Source: Myxococcales bacterium (GTDB lineage Bacteria; Myxococcota_A; Polyangia; Polyangiales; DASUME01). From it: 64,000 nt of DNA. The notes beneath the pieces are model-generated. The model saw nothing but the letters and a program-made list of their open reading frames with translations. It was not told where the DNA came from and made no database searches. Location of the stretch: contig JASGJH010000001.1 in assembly GCA_047601445.1 (NCBI GenBank), positions 3,776,001 to 3,840,000 on the forward strand, in the 5' to 3' direction. A program made the position numbers and the translations under genes. Shown piece after piece: positions 1 to 15,453 of the stretch (position 1 is the stretch's first letter; each line of letters begins with the position of its first letter).

Positions 1-43
1 CGACCTTGCGGTGCTGCTTCTTCAAGAGCTCGGTGGCCAGCAT
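1..43 (-). CDS. 5' end of probable hemerythrin-domain protein (partial, runs off window start)
   Basis: Minus-strand ATG at 43 reads MLATELLKKQHRKV, resembling the hemerythrin/HHE N-terminal 'AxxLLKxQHxxV' pattern; only 14 codons visible. Confidence 0.45.
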   Translation of the reverse strand, partial: MLATELLKKQHRKV

Positions 44-253
44 GAGACGCTGCTTGTACTCGCGGAGTGAGCCGCGACATTTTGCCCCGCTCGCACGTCG
101 GTGCCCCGGCGCCACGACGCGGACTCGCCTGCGTTAAGGACACCTTCCCAACACGGGAGGTGCCCTGGCCTACGCCCCGGGGCGATTGCCGTGGATGTGC
201 CCTGGTCGAACGCGTCGAACACGCCCGCGGCGCAACGTCGCCGCGCGAGGGGC

Positions 254-1807
254 TCAGCGCAGGAACCCGGTCTGCACCAGGGCTGCGCGCAAGCGCGGGT
301 CGTCGCGCCCGAGCGGTGGCAGGTACGTTCCCACGAGCTCCCGCTTCCACCAGCCTTGTTCGGAGGGCGCCGCGAACCGATAGCGGTAGCGCAGCACGCG
401 CACGTAGCGTGGCGAGCCGCTCTCGAACGGGTCGCGCGCCAGCAGGGTCCGCAGCTGGGCGTCGCCATGCAAGAGCTTCCAAACGAAGTAGAGGGTCCAG
501 GGGGCATCCTGGGGATCGCCCATGGCCGCGAACCAGACCTGCCAGTCGAGCCGCGGCTGGTAGGGGCTAATGACGCAGGGCGCACGCGCCGGATCGCCGG
601 GCTTGCAGGGGAATTCATAGGCGCGCCAGTCCGCGTCCAGGCTGGGTGTCGCGTCCGAGGTGCCCTCGAAGATGAGTTCGTCCCGCTCACGCCCCACGCT
701 GCCAAAGGCCCCATAGGTATTGACCAACATGAAGGGATCGTACGAACCGTTCATGCGCTGGCGGCTCGCGAACAAGTTCAACACCGGGTCCACGCTCAGG
801 AGCGCTACCAAAGCCAGAAGGCCCACGTTCAGCGCGTGCGCGAGTTTCCCGGCAGTGCTCGTCTCCACGAGCCGTCGTCGCAACTCGGCGGGGGTCACCC
901 GCCGCAGCCACGCGTCGTCCAGGCAGGCCACCAGCGGCACCAAGGTCAGCCAGTTCAAGAACGAGAGGTTGCCGCTCACGATCAACGTGACCTGAAAGAC
1001 GATCATCACGAGCGCAGACCAGCGCCGAACGCGAGACGGCGCGAAAATCAGCAGCGGACACAGGAGCTCTGCGACGTGGTTGAACACCACGCCCGCTGCG
1101 TGCACTCCGTGGGGGAGGAAGTGGAAGGCCACGCTGAGCGGATTGGGCAGCGGCTGCGTCTCGAAGTGGAAGTCGAGGCAGGTGAGATCACGCCAGCAGG
1201 GGTCCCCGCGCAGCTTGATCAGCCCTGCCCCCAGCATCACGCGAAAGGCCAGCCAACGCAGCAGCCAGACCACGATTACCGGTGCGCGGGTGGACGGGAA
1301 GGCGCGCGCCCCGCGCAGTGGGCACAGGAAGATCGCCAGAAAGCCCGTCTCGAGCAGTAGGAGCTCCCAGCCATAGCCGTACCAGATCTGGCCGATTGGG
1401 ATGAACGACAGATAGATGGCCCACAACACCAGCATCAGCCCTGCGTTGGTGATGCCGCAAAGCAGCGCGCAAGAGAGCGCCGTTCCGAGCAGTGCGAGCC
1501 CGCGCAAGGCCAAGTCGCTGGGCGTGATCAGGAAGAACAGACTGGGCTCGCGCAGGAAGGCGATCGCCGCGGATCCGTAGCCCGCGCTGGCATCCGACAC
1601 GTAGGTCGCTGCGGGGGTCAGGCCCGTGCGCCCCAGCAAGGGAAGCACCTGATGGCTCATGGAGGCGTAGGCCGCGAGATAGACCAGGCCCAGCAAGCGC
1701 AGCACCCAGAAGCGGACGAGCTCGTGCGGCTCCGAGAGGCCGAGCCAGCGCGAGAGCGCCGAGGGCGGCTGCCAGCGCGCGAGTTCTTCGGTCTGTTCGG
1801 GGTCCAC
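254..1807 (-). CDS. Lipase maturation factor (LMF1) family membrane protein
   Basis: Motifs GQIWYGYGWELLLLETGFL, GAGLIKLRGDPCWRDLTCLDFHFETQPLPNP, YGAFG, PYQPRLDWQVWFAA; multiple TM segments. Confidence 0.9.
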   Translation of the reverse strand: MDPEQTEELARWQPPSALSRWLGLSEPHELVRFWVLRLLGLVYLAAYASMSHQVLPLLGRTGLTPAATYVSDASAGYGSAAIAFLREPSLFFLITPSDLALRGLALLGTALSCALLCGITNAGLMLVLWAIYLSFIPIGQIWYGYGWELLLLETGFLAIFLCPLRGARAFPSTRAPVIVVWLLRWLAFRVMLGAGLIKLRGDPCWRDLTCLDFHFETQPLPNPLSVAFHFLPHGVHAAGVVFNHVAELLCPLLIFAPSRVRRWSALVMIVFQVTLIVSGNLSFLNWLTLVPLVACLDDAWLRRVTPAELRRRLVETSTAGKLAHALNVGLLALVALLSVDPVLNLFASRQRMNGSYDPFMLVNTYGAFGSVGRERDELIFEGTSDATPSLDADWRAYEFPCKPGDPARAPCVISPYQPRLDWQVWFAAMGDPQDAPWTLYFVWKLLHGDAQLRTLLARDPFESGSPRYVRVLRYRYRFAAPSEQGWWKRELVGTYLPPLGRDDPRLRAALVQTGFLR

Positions 1808-1836
1808 TCGGCGCAGTATAGGTCAGCTCGCAGGCC

Positions 1837-2682
1837 CTACTCGAACAGGCGGCAACCCGGGTAGTTGGCGCTGAAGCCGTACCAGCGCAGAAAGAGCTGC
1901 AAGGGGCGTCGACCGTCGGACGTCACTGCGAAGGGCACGCCATCCCTGGGATTGATGGCGACCTTCAGCGTCATACCCGCCCAGCGGTCCTCGATGGCGC
2001 CCGCGCGCAGGCGGTCCTTGGGATAGAAGGTCGCCTGGTCCTTCACGATGACGCCCAGGCCCTGCGCGAACTCCGGTTGGCGCGGATTTGCAGGCGCCAG
2101 CGTGCGGCGAAAGCCGGGCGGGAAGAAGCCGCTTCCGCGCACGGCGCGCATGCACATCATGCTCATCAACCACTGCTTGAGCTTGAGCTTCGAGACCCAA
2201 ATTCGCGCGCAATCGGAGCGCTCGAGCTCGCTGCCCACGGTGGTCATGTGCAGACTGTGAGCGTCAAGCTGCTTCCCTGCGAGCGGACCATGGAGGGCGC
2301 GCCCAGTCATGTGATCCCAGTAGGTGCCGGTCTCGTCGTCGATGAGCAGCGCGACGCCGTTGTACAGCCCCCCGGTGCTCAGGTGCAAGCGGCGCCCCTC
2401 GACGCGCGGGTCGAAGCGCACGCCGCTGTGGCAGATGGCGCAGAAGGAGATCACGAAGGGCTCTCCCATCAGCTCGCCCTCGGCCACGTGGTGGTAGCCC
2501 AGTTGCCGGAGTAGAAAGCCGCGACGCTGGCCCGCCAGGTCGAAGACCAGCAGCTCCTCCTGTTGAGCCACCCGCAACGTCTGGAGCGCCACGGCGGGGT
2601 CAGTCACCCGAAAGCGCTCGAAGAAATCGGGGCGCCCGTAGAGGTCAGCGCGCTCGATTTCGAATGTGGCGCTGCTGCTCAT
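1837..2682 (-). CDS. DUF3179 domain-containing protein
   Basis: FCAICHSGVRFD...GGLYNG..LIDDETGTYWDHMTGRALHGPLAG and C-terminal WYGF pattern; start moved to ATG 2682 to avoid overlap with the divergent gene. Confidence 0.75.
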   Translation of the reverse strand: MSSSATFEIERADLYGRPDFFERFRVTDPAVALQTLRVAQQEELLVFDLAGQRRGFLLRQLGYHHVAEGELMGEPFVISFCAICHSGVRFDPRVEGRRLHLSTGGLYNGVALLIDDETGTYWDHMTGRALHGPLAGKQLDAHSLHMTTVGSELERSDCARIWVSKLKLKQWLMSMMCMRAVRGSGFFPPGFRRTLAPANPRQPEFAQGLGVIVKDQATFYPKDRLRAGAIEDRWAGMTLKVAINPRDGVPFAVTSDGRRPLQLFLRWYGFSANYPGCRLFE

Positions 2683-2737
2683 GCCGAACGTCGTCCAGGT
2701 GGTACCTTCCAAAACGGTGGCACAACCGGCTACGCGA

Positions 2738-3493
2738 ATGAAGTCATGTTTCCTTGCGCTCACCCTGGTGATGGCTTCGCTCGAGCTCGATCAGCGCGCG
2801 AGTCACGCCGAGGACGCTGCCCCCGCGCACTCCGCGGCAGCCGAAGTCAGTGTGAGGCCCGGTGTCAACGCGGACTACTTCAAGCCCGACGCGTTGAGAA
2901 AGTTCACAGGCGTCCTCGAGACCGAGAGCCGCGAAGTCGTGCGCGCGCGAGCCACGATTTTGGCGGCATTGCGGCTCGAACAGGGGAATCGCGTGGCCGA
3001 CCTGGGAGCCGGCACGGGGCTCTTCACGCTCGAGTTGGCGCGCGCCGTGGGGGCCAAGGGCCGAGTGTATGCCGTGGACATCGTGCCGAGCTTCTTGGCT
3101 CGTATCGGCCAGCGCGCACGCCACGCGAAGCTGAGGCAGGTGCAGACGGTGTTGGGCCAGGAGCGCAGCCCAGGATTGCCGCGCGCCAGCGTGGACCTCG
3201 CCTTCATGTGCGACGTGTACCACCACCTCGAGTATCCGCGGGCCTATCTGCAGGCGGTGCGCGCCGCGTTGCGCCCGGGTGGCGAGCTGGTCGTGATCGA
3301 CTTCAAGCGCATTCCCGGCCAGTCCAAGCCGGCAATTCTAAAGCACGTGCGCGCCGGAGAGGACGAGGTCCGAGCCGAGATTGAAGCGGCCGGCTTCGAG
3401 TTCGTGGGCGCGGAGCCAAACCTGTTGGAGGAGAATTATTTACTAAGGTTCCGGGCGCGCGCGAGCCTTGAGCGCCCGCCACTCAAGGAGTAG
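2738..3493 (+). CDS. Class I SAM-dependent methyltransferase with signal peptide
   Basis: VADLGAGTGLFT motif I, VYAVDI, CDVYHH, LRPGGELVVIDF; hydrophobic N-terminus from ATG 2738. Confidence 0.88.
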   Translation: MKSCFLALTLVMASLELDQRASHAEDAAPAHSAAAEVSVRPGVNADYFKPDALRKFTGVLETESREVVRARATILAALRLEQGNRVADLGAGTGLFTLELARAVGAKGRVYAVDIVPSFLARIGQRARHAKLRQVQTVLGQERSPGLPRASVDLAFMCDVYHHLEYPRAYLQAVRAALRPGGELVVIDFKRIPGQSKPAILKHVRAGEDEVRAEIEAAGFEFVGAEPNLLEENYLLRFRARASLERPPLKE

Positions 3494-4178
3494 GCGTGGC
3501 CTGCGCCGCAGCGCTCCCCTGGGCGCGCGCCGTCTGCTTGATGCCCAGCATCCAGGAGTAGAGCTCGGGATCGTCGTAGGCCCGAGTCCAGCAGTCGTGG
3601 GCCAGGTCGTCGTACAGCGTGTACTTCACGGGTGCGCCGACCCTCTCCAGTGCCTCCACCATGCGCTTCGATTCACTCGGGAGCACCACGGTGTCCTTGG
3701 CTCCGTGAAAGGCCCAGGTCGGCAGCCCCTTGAGTCGCGCGGCCCAGGCAGGATCACCGCCTCCACACAGCGGCGCGAGCGCGGCGAAGCGCTCTGGCTG
3801 TTCGGCGGCCAGCTGCCATGCGCCGTAGCCGCCCATGCTGATCCCGGTGAGGTACAAACGCTCGGAGTTGATGGCCGCCTCGGGCACCACCTGGTCGAGC
3901 AAGTCGGAAAGTCCGGCGAGCATGGTGCGCCAAGACACCCCCGCCGGACACTGCGGGGAGATGGTCACGAAGGGCAGATTCTTGCCGCGCTCGATCAAGG
4001 CGGGGATGGCGGTGTTCGTCAAGAGACGCAAGTCCTGGCCACGTTCGCCGCTGCCGTGCAAGAAGAGAAGCCCCGGGCGAAGATCGTTGGCGAACCCGGG
4101 TGGCTCGTGGATCAAGTAGGAGAGCTTTCCGACGCGAGTATCCACGGAGCGTGCGCGCTGCAGCGCGAAGTGAGCCAT
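3483..4178 (-). CDS. Alpha/beta hydrolase (phospholipase/carboxylesterase, predicted peptidase family)
   Basis: LFLHGSGERG, SPQCP, nucleophile GISMGG, WAFHGAKDTVV, catalytic His in AHDCW; GGAGG RBS before ATG 4178. Confidence 0.88.
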   Translation of the reverse strand: MAHFALQRARSVDTRVGKLSYLIHEPPGFANDLRPGLLFLHGSGERGQDLRLLTNTAIPALIERGKNLPFVTISPQCPAGVSWRTMLAGLSDLLDQVVPEAAINSERLYLTGISMGGYGAWQLAAEQPERFAALAPLCGGGDPAWAARLKGLPTWAFHGAKDTVVLPSESKRMVEALERVGAPVKYTLYDDLAHDCWTRAYDDPELYSWMLGIKQTARAQGSAAAQATPTP

Positions 4179-4260
4179 GTTCGACCTCCACCGTCTCGGC
4201 TGGACGCTGCGTAGCATACCGGGCTTTGCGCGGAGCGCGGATCACGCGGCGAAGCGACTC

Positions 4261-4509
4261 TCAGCTGTGGGAGTCGCCCTCGAGCGCGTGGAGCACCTCT
4301 TCGAGTGCGTCGTGGGGGGTCGGGTGCAACGCCGATGGCTCGACGCTGGCGTCCGGCTCCACCCCGTCCTCACTCAGGAAAACGGCCGCGCGAAACTTGC
4401 CCGCCTCGGGATGCACCAGCACGCGAGCACCTGGCCAGCAACGCGCCGCCTCCTGCTCGCACCTCTCGCGCAACCGCTCGTCGGCTCCTTGGAGCGCTAC
4501 TTCATGCAT
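4261..4509 (-). CDS. Small acidic hypothetical protein (82 aa)
   Basis: Fills the gap between co-oriented genes; protein-like composition; no recognisable motif. Confidence 0.5.
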   Translation of the reverse strand: MHEVALQGADERLRERCEQEAARCWPGARVLVHPEAGKFRAAVFLSEDGVEPDASVEPSALHPTPHDALEEVLHALEGDSHS

Positions 4510-4552
4510 ACCCGAGAAAGTGGTTCCCGGGGGGCGCGCAGCAAGACCGGGA

Positions 4553-6163
4553 CTAAGCCGCCGGGCCGTGTCCGCGCTGGTCGAGGCGTTGCACGGTCTG
4601 GAGCAAGCTGCGGAGTTGGTCCATCCCCACCGGCTTGACCAGGTGGTGCTGGAAGCCCGCCTCGAAGGAGCGCTGCCGATCCGCCTCCATGCCCCAGCCC
4701 GTGAGCGCCACCATCATGGGTGCCAGGGACATGCGCCGCACCACGTGGCGGCACAGCTCCACGCCGTCCATGCCCGGCAGGCCGATATCGCATAGCACCA
4801 CGTCTGGTTGCGTCTCGGTGATGGCCGCGAGTCCATCGGGGCCGTTGTGCGCGACGAGCACGTTGTGGCCCAGCAGCTCGAGCCAGGTCGACATCAGCTC
4901 CGCCGAGTCCTCGTTGTCCTCCACCACGACCACCCGCAGCGCCGCGTTGCAAGGCAGGCGCTTGGCTACCACGACCGACGGACGCTCGCTGGCCTTGGGC
5001 AAGTTCCCAGTGGGCAGCGTAAGAATGAAGGAGGAGCCCTTGCCCTCCCCCGCGCTCTCCACGTTCAGGCTCCCACCGTGCAGCTCGGCGAGCTGACGCG
5101 AGAGCGCGAGCCCGATGCCGAGGCCGTCGGACGTATCGTTCGAAGCGCGCTCCACTTTGGCGAACATGGCGAAGATGCGATCGATCTGGTTGGGCGGGAT
5201 GCCGAGCCCGTGATCCGTGACGCGGATCACCGCGGAGCTTCCCGCGCGGCGCAGGTCGATGTTGATGGTGGTGCCAGAGGGCGAAAACTTGGAGGCGTTG
5301 TTGAGCAGGTTGCCCACGATCTGCGTCACGCGGGTGGCGTCCACCGCCGAGCGCACAGACTCATGGGCTTGGAACGCCACGCACTGATCGCGCCGCTCGA
5401 TGAGCGGGCGCGAGGTCTCGATCGCATCTTCGATGACCCTGGAGAGCTCGATGGCCGTGGGTTGAATGTTGAGCGTGCCCCGGCTGATGCGGTTGACGTC
5501 CAACAGGTCGTCGATGAGGCGGACCATGTGCGTGAGCTGACGCTCCATGGCCCCAAGCGTGCGCTTGGCCTGCGTGCTCTGCACCGGCTCGTGCATGAGG
5601 ATTTCGAGCCCCGTCCGCAGCGGAGCGAGTGGATTGCGCAGCTCGTGCGCAAGCGTCGCCAGGAACAGGTCCTTCTGCGCGTCTGCCGCGCGCAGCGCCT
5701 CCTCCGACTTCTCGAGCTCCGCGGTGCGCTCGCGGACGCGCGTCTCGAGGTTCTCGTTCAACTCGGCCAGTGCGCGCGTCTTGCGGTACAGGTCCGCGAA
5801 GATCCCGATCTTGTGGCGCAGGATGGCCGGCTTCACGGGCTTGGTCAGGTAGTCCACGGCGCCCGCGCCGTAGCCCATCAAAACGTCCTGATCCTCGAGC
5901 AAGTGCGCGGTCAGGAACACGATGGGAATCTGCCTGAACTTCTTGGTGCCCTTGATCATCTTGGCCAGCTCGAAGCCGCTGACGACCGGCATTTTGATGT
6001 CGAGCACGATGGCCGCAACGTCGTGCTCCAGCAGCAGGCGCAGGGCCTTCTCGGCGCCGTCCGCGCGCAACAGGCGATAGCTGGGATCGTCGAGCACCGC
6101 CTCGAGCGCATCGAGGTTCCGCTGCTCGTCGTCCACGAGGAGAATGTTGACGGTCTCTGTCAT
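4553..6163 (-). CDS. Hybrid histidine kinase REC-HisKA-HATPase-REC
   Basis: ILLVDD...LDIKMP receiver, LAHELRNPL H-box, NLLNNASKF N-box, GLGIGL G2, second receiver CDIGLPGMDG; 9 bp downstream of the poly-HAMP kinase. Confidence 0.95.
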   Translation of the reverse strand: MTETVNILLVDDEQRNLDALEAVLDDPSYRLLRADGAEKALRLLLEHDVAAIVLDIKMPVVSGFELAKMIKGTKKFRQIPIVFLTAHLLEDQDVLMGYGAGAVDYLTKPVKPAILRHKIGIFADLYRKTRALAELNENLETRVRERTAELEKSEEALRAADAQKDLFLATLAHELRNPLAPLRTGLEILMHEPVQSTQAKRTLGAMERQLTHMVRLIDDLLDVNRISRGTLNIQPTAIELSRVIEDAIETSRPLIERRDQCVAFQAHESVRSAVDATRVTQIVGNLLNNASKFSPSGTTINIDLRRAGSSAVIRVTDHGLGIPPNQIDRIFAMFAKVERASNDTSDGLGIGLALSRQLAELHGGSLNVESAGEGKGSSFILTLPTGNLPKASERPSVVVAKRLPCNAALRVVVVEDNEDSAELMSTWLELLGHNVLVAHNGPDGLAAITETQPDVVLCDIGLPGMDGVELCRHVVRRMSLAPMMVALTGWGMEADRQRSFEAGFQHHLVKPVGMDQLRSLLQTVQRLDQRGHGPAA

Positions 6164-6172
6164 GGCTCCTCC

Positions 6173-11668
<5,496 letters not shown>

Positions 11669-12034
11669 GGGGCTCCCTCTTTGGGCCTAACGCTCAGGGC
11701 TTCGAGTGTTGCACGGGAACAGGGTGGCGCGTAAGGGTCGAACGCCGATCCAGCGGCATGCCATTTTGCTTTGATTCCAGCCGAGTGAGCCACATCTCAG
11801 CCCTCTCGCGTCACGCTACGCGCTGTTCGAAATTCTCGGCTTGGCCGAGCAGACGATGTGCGTGTGGAAAGGCAGCTGGATGACATTCAGGGCCTGACTT
11901 CGGACAATAAAGCCTCGCAAGAACGCCACAGCCCATCGAAGCGACGCAGATTGCCTCACTGGCTAGCCCGCAAAAGTGCCTGCAATTGGCCTCAAACCAG
12001 ATCGATCGTCCGCGCGAACGTGTATGGTCGAGTC

Positions 12035-12442
12035 ATGTCCTCGAAACCGCCCCCTCAGCCGACCGTGTTGGTCGCGGACGATGACGACGATTGCCTCCAA
12101 TTGCTCTCGAGCATGGTGCGAAGGCTCGGATTCGAAGTGCTCGAGGCGCGCAATGGACGCGAACTCTGCGAACAGGCAGCGGAGCGCTACGCAGCCGGCA
12201 GAAACTTGGCAGCTATCGTGACTGACGTCGGGATGCCCGTTTGCACGGGTGTCACCGCGGCGAAATGGATCGGCGCGCTGACCCCCGAGGTGCCCGTGAT
12301 CTTGGTGACCGCGTACCGGGGCACTGCGTTGTGGGAAGAAGCCGCCGCGGCAGGCGTGCGCCGCATCCTGCCCAAGCCCTTTACGGCCGAGCAGCTCACC
12401 GAAACCTTGAAAGCCGTGCAGCAGAAGACCACCAGCGTCTAA
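12035..12442 (+). CDS. Single-domain response regulator
   Basis: VLVADDD, VTDVGMP, VILVTA, LPKPF; start at ATG 12035 inferred. Confidence 0.88.
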   Translation: MSSKPPPQPTVLVADDDDDCLQLLSSMVRRLGFEVLEARNGRELCEQAAERYAAGRNLAAIVTDVGMPVCTGVTAAKWIGALTPEVPVILVTAYRGTALWEEAAAAGVRRILPKPFTAEQLTETLKAVQQKTTSV

Positions 12443-12502
12443 CTGTCTGCGTAGTCCACAGCCCGCGTTTTCGTACGCGTGGACGAGGATTAGCCGCCCA
12501 AA

Positions 12503-13918
12503 TTAGCCGAGCTGTCGCGATGCCAGATGCGCGAGCGTACGAATGCCCTGCTCGAGCGCTGGCGACCACGGATGTCCGTAGTTGATCCTGAGGCAGTTCT
12601 CGAAGCCTCGCTGGGCCGAGAAGATGGGCCCCGGGCTCACGCTGACGTTCGCCTTCATGGCAGCCCTGTAAACGCGCACGGCATCCACGCCCTCGGGCAG
12701 TTCCACCCAAGCGAAGTAGCCGCCGTCGGGTTGGGTCACGCGCGTTCCATCCGGAAAGTAGCGCCGCACTGCCTCGAGCAACCGAACTTGCTGATCGGAC
12801 AAAGCCTTGCGCAGTTGCCGCAGGTGGCGCTCGTAGCCGCCGTGTTTGAGGTACTCCACGATGGCTAGTTGGGCCGGCACGCTCGGAGTCAGCGTGTTGG
12901 AGAGCTGACGCTGCTGCACGCGCTCGGCGCTGCGACCGGCCACCACCCAGCCCACCCGGAAGCCGGGCGCGAGACACTTGGAATACGACGAGCAGTGCAG
13001 CACCAGCCCGTCCTCGTCGAAGGCCTTGGCTGGCTTGGGTCGGGTTCCCTTGAGATGGAGCTCGGCGTAGACATCGTCTTCGATGAGGGGGATCTCGTGG
13101 CGTCGGAGCAGCTCCACGAGCGCGCGCTTCTTCTCGAGGGGCATCAGGCTGCCGAGCGGATTCTGGTAGTTGGTCATGAACCAGCACGCCTTGATGCGAT
13201 GGCGCTTGATGGCTTGCGCGAGGGCGTCGAGGTCGACCCCGCGCAGCGGTTCGGTGGCGACCTCCACGGCGCGCAGCCCCAGCGCCTCGATGATCTGCAG
13301 CGAAGCGTAGAAGGCCGGCGACTCGATGGCGATGAGGTCCCCAGGTCGGGCCACGCTCTGCAGGCACAGGTTCAGCGCCTCCATGGCTCCGCAGGTGATC
13401 AGGATCTCGTCGGGCTTCACGGTGCAGCCGACTTCCAGGTAGCGCCGCGCGATCTGGCGACGCAGCTCGAGGTTGCCCGGCGAGAGATCGCTGACGGTCT
13501 TCCAGGGATCGAGAAAGCGCGCGGCGGCGCCGAACGCGTGGGAGAGCTGCTTGAAGGGGAAGAGCTCCGGGCTCGGGAAGGCCGAACCAAACGGCACCAC
13601 GTTGCGATCGCGCGCCGAGGCGAGAACCTCGAACACCAACTCGCCCATGGCGACCTGGCCCGGGCGCCCGTTGGGCTTGCGTGTCTCGGGCAGGGGCAGT
13701 GGCCCCGGGCCTCGTACCGAGACGTAGTAACCCGAACGGGGCCGCGCCTCGATGCGTCCTTGGTCTTCGAGCACGCCGTAGGCCTGCAGCACCGTGCCGG
13801 GGCTCACCGAGCGGGACCGCGTGAGTTCACGCACGGACGGCACCCGGTCTCCGGGGCGCAACACGCCCGAGTCGATGGAGCGGGTGAGTTCTTCGACGAG
13901 CGTCTCGTAGAGCTTCAC
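12503..13918 (-). CDS. MocR/GntR-family regulator with PLP aminotransferase domain (YdcR-like)
   Basis: wHTH LRPGDRVPSVRELT...EARPRSGYYV; NYQNPLG, IEDDVY, SYSKCLAPGFRVGW (PLP Lys). Confidence 0.95.
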   Translation of the reverse strand: MKLYETLVEELTRSIDSGVLRPGDRVPSVRELTRSRSVSPGTVLQAYGVLEDQGRIEARPRSGYYVSVRGPGPLPLPETRKPNGRPGQVAMGELVFEVLASARDRNVVPFGSAFPSPELFPFKQLSHAFGAAARFLDPWKTVSDLSPGNLELRRQIARRYLEVGCTVKPDEILITCGAMEALNLCLQSVARPGDLIAIESPAFYASLQIIEALGLRAVEVATEPLRGVDLDALAQAIKRHRIKACWFMTNYQNPLGSLMPLEKKRALVELLRRHEIPLIEDDVYAELHLKGTRPKPAKAFDEDGLVLHCSSYSKCLAPGFRVGWVVAGRSAERVQQRQLSNTLTPSVPAQLAIVEYLKHGGYERHLRQLRKALSDQQVRLLEAVRRYFPDGTRVTQPDGGYFAWVELPEGVDAVRVYRAAMKANVSVSPGPIFSAQRGFENCLRINYGHPWSPALEQGIRTLAHLASRQLG

Positions 13919-13933
13919 GGCGCCCCGAGCCGT

Positions 13934-13976
13934 CTGGAACAGTTTCTCGGAACCATCGGTCCGAGTGTAACAGTTT
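13934..13976. promoter_or_regulatory. Putative MocR operator: direct repeats CTGGAACAGTTT / GTGTAACAGTTT, 31 bp apart
   Basis: Boxes at 13934 and 13965, just upstream of the MocR start codon. Confidence 0.55.
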
Positions 13977-13985
13977 AGACGGCCA

Positions 13986-14258
13986 CTATTCCGCGATCTC
14001 GCGCGCCACGCTGGCGCGGATCCAGCGGTTCTCGCTCTTGCGCACCGCGCTGAGATAGAAACTCGTCCCCACCAGGGCCGCCGTCACCATCAGCTCCACC
14101 ATCGCCGCCGGGAACCCCTTGAGGTACCAGACCAGCGGAGCGAGCAGGCCGAACAGCGCGTAGCGCGGGATGCGCTTGAAATGACGCTCGTACTCGGCGA
14201 ACTGCATGTCCAAGCGCTGCAACTCGATCTCGTATTTCTCCCGGCTAGCCTGGTTCAT
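13986..14258 (-). CDS. Small membrane protein (2 predicted TM helices), hypothetical
   Basis: AGGAGG RBS before ATG 14258; two hydrophobic stretches. Confidence 0.7.
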   Translation of the reverse strand: MNQASREKYEIELQRLDMQFAEYERHFKRIPRYALFGLLAPLVWYLKGFPAAMVELMVTAALVGTSFYLSAVRKSENRWIRASVAREIAE

Positions 14259-14316
14259 CTGGCCCTCCTGTAGGCCCGGCGTGGGTCTCAACCCAAAGCT
14301 AGGCCCCCGAGGGCTC

Positions 14317-14358
14317 CTGGAACAGTTACAGAATGTCGCTTAGACGACTGGAACAGAT
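14317..14358. promoter_or_regulatory. Putative MocR operator: direct repeats CTGGAACAGTT / CTGGAACAGAT, 31 bp apart
   Basis: Boxes at 14317 and 14348, upstream of the small membrane-protein gene. Confidence 0.55.
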
Positions 14359-14382
14359 GGAAGGAGCGCAACGTACACGGGG

Positions 14383-15453
14383 CTATGGCGCGGCTCGCTT
14401 GGCCACCTGTTCGAGCTCCTTCGCCACCTCCGCGACGAGAGTCGGATCGAAGTACTGCTCGTAGGGCACGGACGCCTTGTAGACGTCGTTGCGCACCTGG
14501 AACTCGTCGGCCGTCTTGCTCGAGAAGTACGCGCTGGCGAGAGAATCACCGGGCTTGAAGCGCTCGAGTTCATCGGCGAGATCCAGGAAGTAGGTGCCGG
14601 CCATCAGCGGCTTGTATTGCTCGGGCGTGAGGCCCACGCGACCGGCCATCAGCTTGGCGGCCTCCTCCGCGTTGGCCGGGTCCTTGAGGAAGTCCACGAC
14701 ACGGAACCACACCTTCACGAGGCGCTTCCAATCATCGCGACGCTCGGCCAGCGACTTGGGGTTCACCGCCAAGAGATCGTAGATGAGCCCGGGCACGTCG
14801 CGGCTGGTGAAGATGGCGGTCGATCCCGGCACCTCCTTCAAGGCCTGTCCACTACTCGGCTGCCAGGCCACCACGGCGTCGACGCTGCCTGACTTGAGCA
14901 GCTGCGGCGTCTGATCGGTGGGCACGTTGACGAGACTGAGATCGCTGGGGCTCAGGTGCTCCTTCTCGAGCGCCTTGATCAGCAGCAGGTGACTCACGAA
15001 GCCGACCTCCACGCCCACCTTCTTGCCCTTGAGCTCGGTCAGCTTCGTCAGCCCGCGCTTGGCGACGATCATGTCGTTGCCATTGCTGTAGTCGTTGAGC
15101 AGGATGGCCACGCTCTTGGCGCCGCTCGACCCCATCACCAGCGCGTCGCCGTTGGTGACCGAGACCGCGTCGAGCTTGCCAGCGGTGTAAGCCTCCATGG
15201 AGGGCACGTACTCGAACCACACGAAGTCCACGTCGAGCCCCGCCTGCTTGAACCAGCCCTTCTGCAGCGCCACCTCCCAGGCCACGAAGCCTGGCCAGTC
15301 GCTGTAGCCGATGCGCAGGGGCGCCTTCGCGACGGGCGCGCTCGCAGCGCTCGTCTGCCCGCTCGGCGTCGGCGTGGGTGCGGATTCCTTGCTCTTGCCG
15401 CAAGCGCCGAGCAACACGGTGAAGAGCAACAGGCCTTGGAGATACGACTTCAT
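14383..15453 (-). CDS. ABC transporter substrate-binding lipoprotein (NMT1/SsuA-like, putative urea/guanidine-type family)
   Basis: Lipobox [49 protein letters not shown] overlap with the upstream gene. Confidence 0.85.
   Translation of the reverse strand: MKSYLQGLLLFTVLLGACGKSKESAPTPTPSGQTSAASAPVAKAPLRIGYSDWPGFVAWEVALQKGWFKQAGLDVDFVWFEYVPSMEAYTAGKLDAVSVTNGDALVMGSSGAKSVAILLNDYSNGNDMIVAKRGLTKLTELKGKKVGVEVGFVSHLLLIKALEKEHLSPSDLSLVNVPTDQTPQLLKSGSVDAVVAWQPSSGQALKEVPGSTAIFTSRDVPGLIYDLLAVNPKSLAERRDDWKRLVKVWFRVVDFLKDPANAEEAAKLMAGRVGLTPEQYKPLMAGTYFLDLADELERFKPGDSLASAYFSSKTADEFQVRNDVYKASVPYEQYFDPTLVAEVAKELEQVAKRAAP

Noticed and set aside
1837..2682. Selenoprotein form of DUF3179
   Set aside because: The motif is CAIC with Cys codons and there is no in-frame TGA
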